From the NCBI GenBank assembly GCA_963796055.1, contig CAWCKH010000004.1, positions 1,824,001 through 1,888,000 on the forward strand: DNA of 64,000 nt. Reading direction: 5' to 3'. This document shows, one piece after another, positions 1-11,676 of the stretch. The translations under genes and the position numbers were made by a program. Source of the stretch: an uncultured delta proteobacterium (GTDB taxonomy: Bacteria; Myxococcota; Myxococcia; Myxococcales; Myxococcaceae). The notes under the pieces are model-generated. The model was not told the origin of the DNA and searched no databases. It saw only the letters and a list, made by a program, of their open reading frames with translations. Positions within the stretch are counted from its first letter, which is position 1; each line of letters starts with the position of its first letter.

Positions 1-922
1 CGATCCGCGGGACTACCTCGGGCTCGGGGGAGACCTCGTCCCCAGCGCGGTCGTCCAGACCGACGCGCTCGAGGCGGTCTCCGACAGCTGGTTCCTGGGC
101 GTCTCGGGGGCCGAGTCAGTCTCCATCGGTCGGCTTCCGGTGCACAACGTGGCCGAGACCGAGGTCGTGGTGGCGAAGATCCTGAACCGCCGCGAGGGAG
201 ACGCACGCTCGCCGGTGCTGCTTGCCTCCGACGCCCTGGGCACGAGCGACTTCCCGGAGATGACAGCGGACCTGCGCGCTTCCCTTCCCGATGCCGCAGC
301 CACCGTGCTGGTGCGGGGAACGGATCCCGACGATGTCCTGCATCAGCGCTTCGTGGACGCCGCTCGGAGCGGCCCCGCCCTGGTCAACTACGCCGGGCAT
401 GCGTCCGAGCTCTTCTGGAACGGCCATCTGCACTCCATCGAGGACGCCGAGACGCTCGCCGGGGGAGGCACGAGCCTCTGGATTCACATGACCTGTCTCA
501 CCGGTTTCTTCCAGGATCCGCGACGGCAGAGTCTCGCCGTGGCGACTCTGCTTGCCCCGAGCGGAGGAGCCTGGGGCGCGTGGGGGAGCACGTCCATGAC
601 GTATCCGACGGAGCACTCGGCGCTGAACCGGGCGCTGGTGAAGGGACTCCTCCTCGAGGGGAAGACCCTGGGCGAGGCGACGCGCGAGGCGCTGGCGGGA
701 ACGACGGATGTGGACCTGGCAAACACCTTCGTGCTGCTCGGGGATCCGAGCGCGCGTGCGGTGGCGGCGAAGTCGTCGGCACTCAGGGTCAGCGGAAAGT
801 CCTCAAGCGCGCTCGGCTGTAGCACCGCTGGTCACGGAACCGGCAGCCTCGCCCTGCTCGCGGCCGTGGCGCTTTGGCTCGCCCTTTCCCGAGGGCGGGC
901 GATGGTCCTCGGAAAGCGCTGA
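1..922 (+). CDS. C25 (gingipain) family cysteine peptidase domain protein with MYXO-CTERM-like tail, 5'-partial
   Basis: Frame is open from the window edge (DPRDYLG...SDSWF). C25-type motifs NYAGH, MTCLTG and FVLLGDP. C-terminus is GCS + hydrophobic helix + basic residues. Confidence 0.75.
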   Translation, partial: DPRDYLGLGGDLVPSAVVQTDALEAVSDSWFLGVSGAESVSIGRLPVHNVAETEVVVAKILNRREGDARSPVLLASDALGTSDFPEMTADLRASLPDAAATVLVRGTDPDDVLHQRFVDAARSGPALVNYAGHASELFWNGHLHSIEDAETLAGGGTSLWIHMTCLTGFFQDPRRQSLAVATLLAPSGGAWGAWGSTSMTYPTEHSALNRALVKGLLLEGKTLGEATREALAGTTDVDLANTFVLLGDPSARAVAAKSSALRVSGKSSSALGCSTAGHGTGSLALLAAVALWLALSRGRAMVLGKR

Positions 923-979
923 CTCTCCGAGGCCTCGGCCGAGGAGCTCTCGCGCCGCCCTAAGTGATCGGCATTGCCG

Positions 980-2323
980 CTAGTCCTCGAGCCGCTTGAG
1001 GAACGTCGGGTAGCTGAGCCCCAGCACCCGTGCCGCCTCCACCCGCCGCCCGCTGAGCTGGCCGAGCACGTGCCGCACGTAGCGCTTCTCAATCTCCTCC
1101 AGCGGCCGGGGGTCGCCGGTCACCACGAAGCTCCCCGCCGGCGCCGAGCCCTCCACCGGCTCGCGCATGGTCTGCAGCAGCGAGAGCGACAGCTCGGGCC
1201 CGGGCTCCAGCACCAGCGCCCGCTCGAGCACGTTCCGCAGCTCGCGCACGTTCCCCGGAAAGGGGTAGTTCTGCAGCCGGGCCCGGGCCTGCTCCCCCAG
1301 CCGGAACCCCTTCCGCCCCAGCTCGCGGCCCAGCTCCACGAGCAGCGTCTCGGCCAGCGGGATGACGTCCTCGGGCCGGTCCCGCAACGCCGGAACGTGG
1401 ATCGCGAACACGCTCAGCCGGAACCAGAGGTCCTCGCGGAAGCGGCCCTCGCGGATCTCCAGCTCGAGATTCCGGTTGGTCGCCGCCACCACCCGCGCGG
1501 TGCTGCTCTCCTCGCCGCTGCTCCCCACCCGCCGGAACCGCCCCGAGTCGAGGAAGGTGAGCAGCTTGGCCTGCAGCGGCAGCGGCAGCTCGCCCACCTC
1601 GTCGAGGAACAGCGTGCCCCCGCTGGCCACCTCCACCAGCCCGCGGCGCGCCTGCTTGGCGTCGGTGAAGGCCCCCTTCTCGTGGCCGAAGAGCTCAGAC
1701 TCGACGGTGCTCTCGGGCAGCGCGGCACAGTTCACCTGGACGAAGGGTGCTTCCTCGCCGGCCCCCTGGGCGTGGACGTGGCGGGCCAGCACCTCCTTGC
1801 CGGCACCGGTGGGCCCGAGGAGGAACACCGGGCTCCGGGGCGAGGTTGCGATGCGCTCCAGCATCTCCAGCACCTGACGCATCGCCGCCGACCGGGGCGG
1901 CACCAGGCGGCGGCGTCCGGACAGCTCGGCCTCCACCCGGCTCAGGCGCTCGCGGAGGTTCTGCTCGCCCATGGCCCGCTGGGCGCGCATCACCAGATCG
2001 GTGAGGTCCACCGGCTTGGCCACGTAGTCGGCCGCTCCGGCACGGATGGCGTCCACCGCGCTCTGGATGTCTCCGTGCGCGGTCACCATCACCACCGGTG
2101 TTCCCGGGAGCTGGGCCTTCAGTTCCGGCAAGTAGTCCAGCCCGTCGCCGTCGGGCAGCCGGCGGTCCAGGACCACCAGCTCGGGGGCGGCCCGTTCCAC
2201 CGCCTCGCGCGCCTCGTGGAGCGAGCGCGCCAGCACCACCGGATGCCCCTCCCTCGACAGCGCCGCCTGCGCCAGCGAGGAGAAGCCCCGATCATCATCG
2301 ACCAGAAGGATGGACCTGCTCAT
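980..2323 (-). CDS. Sigma-54-dependent response regulator (REC-AAA+-HTH, NtrC family)
   Basis: N-terminal REC (LLVDDD), GPTGAGKE Walker A, ELFGHEKGAFTDA, FPGNVREL and a C-terminal Fis-type HTH. Confidence 0.95.
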   Translation of the reverse strand: MSRSILLVDDDRGFSSLAQAALSREGHPVVLARSLHEAREAVERAAPELVVLDRRLPDGDGLDYLPELKAQLPGTPVVMVTAHGDIQSAVDAIRAGAADYVAKPVDLTDLVMRAQRAMGEQNLRERLSRVEAELSGRRRLVPPRSAAMRQVLEMLERIATSPRSPVFLLGPTGAGKEVLARHVHAQGAGEEAPFVQVNCAALPESTVESELFGHEKGAFTDAKQARRGLVEVASGGTLFLDEVGELPLPLQAKLLTFLDSGRFRRVGSSGEESSTARVVAATNRNLELEIREGRFREDLWFRLSVFAIHVPALRDRPEDVIPLAETLLVELGRELGRKGFRLGEQARARLQNYPFPGNVRELRNVLERALVLEPGPELSLSLLQTMREPVEGSAPAGSFVVTGDPRPLEEIEKRYVRHVLGQLSGRRVEAARVLGLSYPTFLKRLED

Positions 2324-3975
2324 GAGGGAGTCGTTCCCAGCCCGAGCTGCACCGTGAAGCGGCTCCCCGTCGCCGTTCGCTCGAACGCCAGCGACCCGCC
2401 CTGTCGTTCCACCGCCTGACGGGCCATGGAGAGCCCGAGCCCGATGCCCCTCGGCTTGGTCGTCACGAAGGGCTGGAACAGGCCGGCCTCGAACCCCGGC
2501 GGTGGACCACCGGCATTATCCTCCACCTCGACCCGGACGGCACCATCCACCCGGCGGGTGGTGATGCGAACCCGGGGATGGGGCTGTCTTCCCAGGTCCT
2601 TGGCCACCACCGCAGCCTCCATCGCATTGCGGAGCAGGTTGTCCAGGGCGGTCACCAGGAGCAGCGGATCGCAGTAGATCTCGAAGCGAGGTGTCGAGCT
2701 CCGACGTCACCTCCACCTCCTCCGCCTCGGGTAGGACGCGGAGCGACTCCACCGCCTCGTTCACCAGCTGACCCACCGGCGTGAGCGAGAGCTGGGCATT
2801 GGCCGGCTTGCCGAAATTGAGCAACGAGGTGGCGAGGTGGCTCAGCCGGTCGATTTGCCCCCGCATCGTCTTCACCGGCAGGGTGCGCTCGCCATCCCGG
2901 GCGAGCATCGAGGCCGCCGCCTTCATCCCGTTGAGCGAGTTCTTCACCTCGTGGGCGATGAGCGAGGCCGCCTGGCCGAGTGCCGCCAGCTTCTCGGCCT
3001 GGGCGAGCGCCTCGTCCATCTCCCGGTAGCGCAGGTAGGTGCGCCGGAGGAACCAGCTGAACAGCACCACGGTGACCGTCTGCCCCACCAGCACCAGGAG
3101 CATCTGCCAGAAGAACCGCCAGCGGACCGGGGCCAGCATCGGCGTCTCCTCGGCCACCAGCAGCAGCCGCAGCCCGGTGTCACCCACCCGCGTGGCCGCG
3201 GCGTACTCTGGCTTTCCGGAGAGATCGGTGGTCATCGCCCGGCCGCGGCGGAGGAGATCCCCGAGCCGCTCGGGAAAGCCCGCGGCGCCGGTCCACACCG
3301 GTGGCGTGGCCGGGAGCAGCACGTCACCTCGGTCGGTGGCGACCACCAGGATGGAGCCCTCGGCGGTGGCCGCTCCCCCGGGGAGACCGCGCTTGCCGGC
3401 GTCGACCAGGCCCACCACCGCGCCCGACAGTCGCCCGTCGCGGATCACCGGGGCGGCCACGACGAAGGTGCGGCTCCCCGGCTCGAGGGCGTCCACCACC
3501 GGGTGGTCGGTCCGGAGCAGTCGCTGGAACCACCGATCCTGTGCGCGGGAGAGGGGGGAAGCACTCCGCGCGGCTCGCTCCACACCGGGAGGCCCGAGCC
3601 GTCGAGGAACAGCACCGCGGAGAAGAAGGGCGAGTTGTGGTGGGTGAACTCCAGCAGCTCGCGCTCGGGCTGGAGGTTCTCGTCGAGCAGGTCTACTTGA
3701 GGGCGAGAAGCGAGCCGCTCCAGCTCGTGCTCCAGGGTCCCGAAGTGCAGCGCCAGGGCCTCGGCATAGACGGCGGCCTCACGGGCCACGCGCGTCCGGA
3801 GCAGCACCTGGGTTTCCCGGACCTCGTTGAGGTAGGTCAGCAGCGGGCCGATCAGGGCGATGACGCCCACCGCCACCAGGCCGATCAGCACCGAGCGCCC
3901 CAGGCGCTGGTCCGCCTCGCTCCCGGCCAACGAGCGCCTGGTCTCCGCTGCCGTCAGGTTGTCCGACACCGCCAC
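2320..3975 (-). CDS. Membrane sensor histidine kinase, split by two frameshifts (about 3555 and about 2685)
   Basis: Three ORF pieces join into TM-periplasmic-TM, H-box IAHEVKN, N-box NLLRNA and G boxes (DNAGG, GIGLGL). The stop overlaps the regulator start. Confidence 0.85.
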
Positions 3976-3981
3976 CCGAGA

Positions 3982-5352
<1,371 letters not shown>

Positions 5353-5427
5353 GGGTCGAACGCCTCACATACACGGGAAGTGCCCGTCTCGCATCCCTGT
5401 CGGACGGGCGGCTGCTACTGTGCCCTC

Positions 5428-6294
5428 ATGACCGCCGAGTCTCGCCCACGGGTCTGTCTGCTCACCGGGGCCACCCTGGGGATCGGCCGGGCGGCGGCCG
5501 AGGCCCTGGCGCCGATGGGAATGGAGCTGGTCCTGGTGGCCCGCGACCGGGCCCGGCTGGAGGCCCTGGCCGCCGAGCTTCGGCGGAGGACCCCGGGGGC
5601 GAAGGTGGGAGTCCTGGCGGGCGACCTCTCCCGGACGGCCGAGGTACGCCGCATCGCCCGGGAGTTCCGGGCGACCCACGACCGGCTGCACGTGCTGCTC
5701 AACAACGCCGGGGCGATGTTCGCCCGTCGGGAGGTCACCCCGGAGGGCCTGGAGCGGACGCTGGCGCTGAACCACCTGGCCTACTTCGTCTTGACGGAGG
5801 AGCTGCTGCCGCTGCTGAAGAGCTCCGCGCCATCGCGCATCGTGAACGTCAGCTCGGACGCACACCTCGGGACGCGCATCGACTTCGAGGACCTCATGTC
5901 CGCGCGCGGGCGGTACCGGGCGTTCGCGGTGTACGGACGCACCAAGCTGATGAACATCCTCTTCACCCGTGAGCTGGCGCGGCGGCTGGAGGGCACGGGC
6001 GTGACGGTGAACGCGATGCATCCGGGCTTCGTCCGGAGCGGGTTCGGTCACAACAACCCGGGTCTCCTCGGGACGCTGGTGAAGTGGGGGCAGGCCTTCG
6101 CCCGGACCCCGGAGCAGGGCGCCCGGACCCTGGTGTACCTGGCGACCTCGCCCGCGGTGGAGGGCGTGACGGGCCGGTACTTCTTCGACGAGCGAGAGCG
6201 CCGCACGAGTCCCGAGGCCCAGGACATGGAGGCGGCGCGCCGGCTGTGGGAGGTCAGCGTGCGGCTCGCCGGTCCGTCCGCCGCCGCTGCATGA
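5428..6294 (+). CDS. SDR family oxidoreductase
   Basis: TGATLGIG, LLNNAG, YGRTK (YxxxK) and MHPGFV. Confidence 0.92.
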   Translation: MTAESRPRVCLLTGATLGIGRAAAEALAPMGMELVLVARDRARLEALAAELRRRTPGAKVGVLAGDLSRTAEVRRIAREFRATHDRLHVLLNNAGAMFARREVTPEGLERTLALNHLAYFVLTEELLPLLKSSAPSRIVNVSSDAHLGTRIDFEDLMSARGRYRAFAVYGRTKLMNILFTRELARRLEGTGVTVNAMHPGFVRSGFGHNNPGLLGTLVKWGQAFARTPEQGARTLVYLATSPAVEGVTGRYFFDERERRTSPEAQDMEAARRLWEVSVRLAGPSAAAA

Positions 6295-7610
6295 GGAAGG
6301 CGCGGAACGCGCGGCGCCGCTGGCGCTGGCCACTGGTGCTGCTGGGTGCGCTGGCGCTCCTGGCGCTGGTCCCGTTCTCGCGCCTGGGGCGCGGACCGCG
6401 CGTCAGGGAGGTGGGGCATGGCTCCGGGATCGGGCCGCTCCGGGCGGGCGCGGCCAGGGTGGAGATGGCCATCCCGCTCCCGGTCCCGGCGGTGGGCTAC
6501 GGACTGGTCCGGCCGGAGGTGAGCCGGGTGGCGCTCCCGATCTTCGCCCGGGCGGTGGTGCTCGCCTCGGACGATGAGCGGGTGGGGCTGGTCACCCTGG
6601 ACCTGCTGCTCGCCGACCAGGGCCTGGTGGAGGCGATCCGGCGCAGCGCGTCCGGCCTCGGCCTCTCCGCGCTGTGGGTCGCGGCCACGCACACCCACTC
6701 GTCCGCCGGCGGCTTCGCCTGGAATCCAGTGGCCCAGGTGGTCGCCACCGGGCGCTTCCGCACCGACGTCCGGTCCCGGGTGGTGGAGGCGGCGACGCGC
6801 GCGCTGACCACGGCGGTGTCTTCCGTGCAGCCGGTCGAGGCGCTGGCCGGGATGTCCGAGCTGCTCACGGGGACCGCGAGCCGCGACGAGTTTCCGGAGG
6901 TGGATCGGCGGCTCACCCGCATCCAGCTCCAGGGTGCGCGGGGGCCGGTGGCGCAGCTGCTGGTGCTCGCAGCGCATCCCACGCTCGTGGCCCGGCCGCC
7001 GCCGGGGCTGGATCCGGACTGGGCGGGGCGGCTGGCCGGCGCCCAGGAACGCGGAGAGCAGGGCATCACCCTGGTGCTCCAGGGCAGCGTGGGGAACGTG
7101 AGCGTTCGGCGGGAGTCGGCCGGCTCCGCCGAGCCCGCCGAGGCCTTCGCGCGGCTGGTGGAGACGGTGTTGCCGTCGGTGCCGCTCCACCCGGCGGGGA
7201 GCGGCCTGTCGCATGCGCGGCTGGAGGTGGCGTTGCCCGGTCCGGACGCCTCCCGGCTCGTGCCCTGGGGGCTGGCGACGCTGGTCGACAACGTGGCGCT
7301 CTGGCCCTGGGCGCCGGGGTGGGCGGAACTGGCGGAGCTGCGCATCGGCTCGGTGCGGCTGCTCGGGGTGCCGGCGGAGACGACGGCGGCCTCGGGCAAG
7401 GTGCTCGAGGCGGCAGCCGGGGGCGCCCGGGCCGTGTCGCTGGTGAACGGCTACCTCGGCTACGTGGAGCCCTCGGACCGGGTGGCCCGCGGGGGCGGGG
7501 AGTCCCGGCGGCAGCTCTACGGCCCGGGATTGCTCGAGGCGCTCCGGTTCGGGACCGAGGCGACCCGGGCGGCGCTCCGCCCCGGGGCGGAGGCGAGCTC
7601 AACCCGTTGA
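6291..7610 (+). CDS. Neutral/alkaline ceramidase N-terminal domain-like protein
   Basis: N-terminal TM, ARAVVL, ATHTHS and AAHPT motifs. ATGA overlap with the upstream gene. Confidence 0.7.
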   Translation: MRKARNARRRWRWPLVLLGALALLALVPFSRLGRGPRVREVGHGSGIGPLRAGAARVEMAIPLPVPAVGYGLVRPEVSRVALPIFARAVVLASDDERVGLVTLDLLLADQGLVEAIRRSASGLGLSALWVAATHTHSSAGGFAWNPVAQVVATGRFRTDVRSRVVEAATRALTTAVSSVQPVEALAGMSELLTGTASRDEFPEVDRRLTRIQLQGARGPVAQLLVLAAHPTLVARPPPGLDPDWAGRLAGAQERGEQGITLVLQGSVGNVSVRRESAGSAEPAEAFARLVETVLPSVPLHPAGSGLSHARLEVALPGPDASRLVPWGLATLVDNVALWPWAPGWAELAELRIGSVRLLGVPAETTAASGKVLEAAAGGARAVSLVNGYLGYVEPSDRVARGGGESRRQLYGPGLLEALRFGTEATRAALRPGAEASSTR

Positions 7611-7612
7611 AA

Positions 7613-10154
7613 TCATTGGCCCCGGAGCCACACCGAGACCTCCGGAGCCAGCCGCTCGCGGAGCGCGACGTCCTGGGCGAGCCGCTCGAGGGTCTGGGCG
7701 ACGGCCTGCTGCGCCTCGGGGATGGGGTGCGCCTCGAGGAAGGCGCGGGCCTCATCGAGGTGCCGCCGCTCGCGCAGGTTCCCCAGCGCCTCCACCACCC
7801 GACGGAGCAGCATCGGCGCCTGCGCGGTCTTCTCGATCACCGTCGACCAGCGGTCGCGCAGCAGCTTCCAGCTCCCCTCGCGTGCCGCCCGGTTCGCCAG
7901 CAACCCGTGGATGACGGAGTGGAAGTCCTGGAGGGGCACCACGGGGTCGAAGATCATCCCCTGGCCGCGCTCGACCGGCCCGGGCCTCTCGAAGGCGGTC
8001 AGCGATATGAGATATCGCCGCTTCACCGCCGGGTCGGGCTCGCGAGGGAAGGCGGCCCGGAGGCGGTCGAACAGCTCGTTGTCGCCTTCACGGGCGGTGA
8101 CGGCCACCGCGGTGTCCAGCAGGTTCGGGTCGAGCGCGGTGCGCTGCCCGTTGAGCACCCGGTCCACCCGCGGCGCCGCCTCGGCGAGGACCGAGCGCGC
8201 GCGTGCCACCCCGGCCACGGCCCGGAGCAGCGCCGCGCGCCGGAGCCGGTCCTGGTCGGTCTCGCCGGCCACCGGATCCCAGCCCATCGACCGGAAGCGG
8301 GGGAGAAACAGCCGCTCGACCAGGCGCCGGAATCGCTCCAGCTCCTCCCCGTCCACCAGCCGCGCCTCGACGTAGGCCAGCCGGCCCACCAGCTCGTCGA
8401 GCACCGCGTGGTCGGACTCCTCCCCGAACGCCAGCACCAGGTCGAGGAAGTCCGAGATGCTCGCGCGCCCGGCGCGCACCAGCGCCCACTGGTCAGCGAG
8501 CAGGCCGATACGTTCGGCCGGGAGCAGCGCGCCCAGCGACTTGCCGAGCGCGGCGAGCAGCTCGGCGAGAGTACGCCACGCGGTAGAAGCCGGTGGAGCC
8601 CGCGTTGGCGTCCAGCCACTTCACCGGGCCCGCGGCCTCGAGCGTGACCTCGCCGGTCCGCCTCTCCATCAGGAAGGTCCGGGTGTGTCGGCCACGGTCG
8701 TCGCCCCAGGCCAGGACCAGCGGGACCGGCCAGGTCTCCGGACCGCTCAGGCCCGGCTCGGAGAAGAAGCGCTCCTGCGAGAGCCGCACCCGGCTGCCCT
8801 CGAGCGTGACACTCACCACCGGATAGCCGCTCTGGCGGATCCAGGCGTTCGCCAGCTCGACCACCGGCGCCTTCGAGGCCTTCGCCAGCGCACCCCAGAG
8901 GTCGTCGGCGACCGCGTTGGCGCGCGCGTGCTGGCGCATGTAGTCGCGGATTCCGGCGCGGAACGCCTCCTCGCCGAGGAAGCCCTCGATCATCCGGAGG
9001 ACCGCGCCGCCCTTCTCGTAGGTGATGGCGTCGAAGCTCTCGGTCGCCTCGGCGGCGTTGGCCACCGTGCCGCGGATGGGGTGGGTCGAGCGGAGCGCGT
9101 CCAGGTGCAGCGCGGTCGCCTTGCCCGCGTCGAAGTCGAGCCACACCCGCCAGTCCGGGCGCCAGCGGTCGACGATCTTGTAGGCCATCCAGGTGGCGAA
9201 CGCCTCGTTCAGCCAGAGGTCGTCCCACCAGACCATCGTCACCCAGTTCCCGAACCACTGGTGGGCCAGCTCGTGCGTGACCACCTCGGCGACGCGCTTC
9301 TGCACCGCCAGCGGCGCGGTGGCCGGATCGACCAGCAGCGCCAGCTCGCGGTAGGTGATGAGCCCGGCGTTCTCCATCGCCCCGGCTTCGAACTCGGGGA
9401 TGCCGACCTGGTCGAGCTTTCCGAAGGCGTACGGCAGCCCGAAGTACTCCTGGAGCATGGGCAACACCGCCAGCGCGGTCTGCTGCCCGAACCCGAGGAG
9501 GGCCCGCTTCTCCTCCAGGGACCAGGTGCGGACGGGGACGCCGGCAGCCATCTCCTCCGAGGTGGAGACCAGGGGTCCGACGACCAGGGCGATCAGGTAG
9601 CTCGGGAGCACCTCGGTCTCGGCGAAGCGCACCTTGCGATGCGGACCGTCGAGCTCCTCGGCGAGGACCCGGCCATTGCTCAGCGCCACGAGCTTCGGGG
9701 GCACCTTCACCGTGAGGGCCCAGGTGCACTTGAACGCAGGCTCGTCGAAGCAGGGAAACACCCGGCGGGCGTCCGCGGCCTCGAACTGGGTCGCTGCGAC
9801 CGAGCCTGCCAGGTAGAGCCCCCGGAGCCCGTCGGTGAAGCGACCGCTCCACTGCAGCACGAGCCACGCCTCCCCTCCGGGGAGCTCGGCATCGAGGTCG
9901 AGGGCCACGGTCTCGCTCACCGGCCGGACGTGGACGCTGGGGCGGAAGACCCGGCCGGCGGCGTGCACCTCGGCATGCGAGATTTGCAGCGCCACCGCGT
10001 GGAGCACGATGCTCCGGACCGGTTGCTCCACCCAGAGCGTCAGCTCGGCGTCGCCGGCGAAGGTGCGCGCGTCCAGGTCCAGGCTGACCGTCGCCTGGAA
10101 GCGCCGCGGGAGGACGTCCCGGGAGAGGCGGAAGTTGCGGTCGTCGGTCGTCAC
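7613..10154 (-). CDS. M1 family aminopeptidase with ERAP1-like C-terminal domain, frameshift about 8570
   Basis: ATQFE, GAMEN, HELAH...WLNEAFA and YEKG. The C-terminal part continues in ORF 7613..8479. Confidence 0.9.
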
Positions 10155-10348
10155 AGGGCCCGGAGACTCGCACGGGCCGGGCCTCCGGGAGAGGACGAAT
10201 CGCCACCGGGCGGTCCGGTGGCGCCGCCCGGCGTCGACGGGGTGACCCTCCAGGGCGAGGCGTCCGGTCAGGGTCCAACGCAATGCGCCAGGGTCGGTCC
10301 GAGGATGGGTGCGCCGTGGCACGGCTGTGCCCCGTCAGGGGTGCCGCC

Positions 10349-10891
10349 TCAGTCGTGATCGCACTCGTCGGTGTGAACGTGCCCGCCTGCCAGCTCGGCC
10401 GCGCGCTCCTTCTGGAGCTTCTGCATCCGCTTGCGAATCAGCCCACGCTTGAGCTGCGACAGGTGCTCCACGAACGTCGTCCCCCCGAGGTGGTCGATCT
10501 CGTGCTGCAGGACGTGGGCCAGCCGCCCCTCCGCCGACAGGTCGTGCTGGGCCCCGGTCCGGTCCTGATAACGCACCTTCACCTTGGCGAAGCGCGGGGT
10601 CTGCTCCCACTCGTGCGGGACCGACAGGCAGCCCTCCTCGAGGCTGAGCGGCTCGCTCCGCTCCAGCACCACCGGGTTCGCGATCTCGAAGAACGTCCCG
10701 TCCTCCCGGCCGACCCAGGCGATGGAGAGCGGAACGCCGATCTGGTTGGCGGCGATGCCAATCCCCTCCGCGGCGCGCAACGACTCCATCATCTCCTCGA
10801 GCAGCGGGTCGAGCGCAGGACCGAACTCGGTCACCGGACGGGTTCGTGTGGACAGCACCTTGTCGGGCCAGATGACGATCGGCTTGGGCAT
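10349..10891 (-). CDS. def: Peptide deformylase
   Basis: GIGIAANQIG, EGCLS and QHEIDHL motifs. Confidence 0.96.
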   Translation of the reverse strand: MPKPIVIWPDKVLSTRTRPVTEFGPALDPLLEEMMESLRAAEGIGIAANQIGVPLSIAWVGREDGTFFEIANPVVLERSEPLSLEEGCLSVPHEWEQTPRFAKVKVRYQDRTGAQHDLSAEGRLAHVLQHEIDHLGGTTFVEHLSQLKRGLIRKRMQKLQKERAAELAGGHVHTDECDHD

Positions 10892-10962
10892 CTTTCCTTG
10901 GGGCGGCTCTCTAGCGCAGGCTCGTCTCTGCTTCACCCCGGATTCGACGCGAGGAGCTCTCG

Positions 10963-11614
10963 ATGGCCTGGCTCATGTCCCGGATGTACGACCATCTCCT
11001 GGAGGGCGCCGAGCGGTCGGGACTGCGGGACTGGCGGCGCGCGCTGCTCGGAGCGCGCCCGGGGGGAAGTGCTCGAGCTCGGTGCCGGCACCGGAAGCAA
11101 CCTGGCCCTCTACCCATCCACCGTCACCCGTCTGGTGGTCTCGGAGCCCGATCGGCACATGCGCCAGATCCTCGAGGGCAAGCTCGCCGGTCGCCCCCAG
11201 GTCGAGGTCGTCGACGCGCCCGCCGAGGCGCTGCCCTTTGCCGCGCAGAGCTTCGACACGGTGGTGGCCACCCTCGTCCTCTGCTCGGTGCGGGACCCCT
11301 CGGCCGTCCTTTCCGAGATCCGCCGCGTGCTGCGACCTGGCGGAACGCTCCTCTTCCTGGAGCACGTCGCGGCGCCCGCCGGGACCTGGACCCGCCGCGT
11401 GCAGGGCGTGCTCGAGCCGGTGTGGAAGCGCGTCGCCAGCAACTGCCACCTGACCCGCGAGACCGGACCGCTGCTCGAGGCCGCCGGCTTCCAGCTCGCG
11501 CCGTGCACCGAGGAGCTGATCCCGGGGTCGACCACCCTGAGCGGGCGGAGCATCCGCGGAGTCGCGCATCCGCTCACCCTGGGTAGAGCCCGGCCCCGTC
11601 CTGGAAACGCTTGA
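10963..11614 (+). CDS. Class I SAM-dependent methyltransferase, frameshift about 11050
   Basis: VLELGAGTG, LPFAAQSFDTVV and VLRPGG...FLEHV. The N-terminus lies in another frame. Confidence 0.8.
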
Positions 11615-11676
11615 CAGCGGGGGGGAGCGCCCTGCCTCAATGCCGACCCTTCTCCGAGGGAGGGAGGCTCACCCAG

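Noticed and set aside
10155..10348. ncRNA between def and the M1 peptidase gene
   Set aside because: There is one 9-bp hairpin (10201-10223) but no recognisable RNA family signature.
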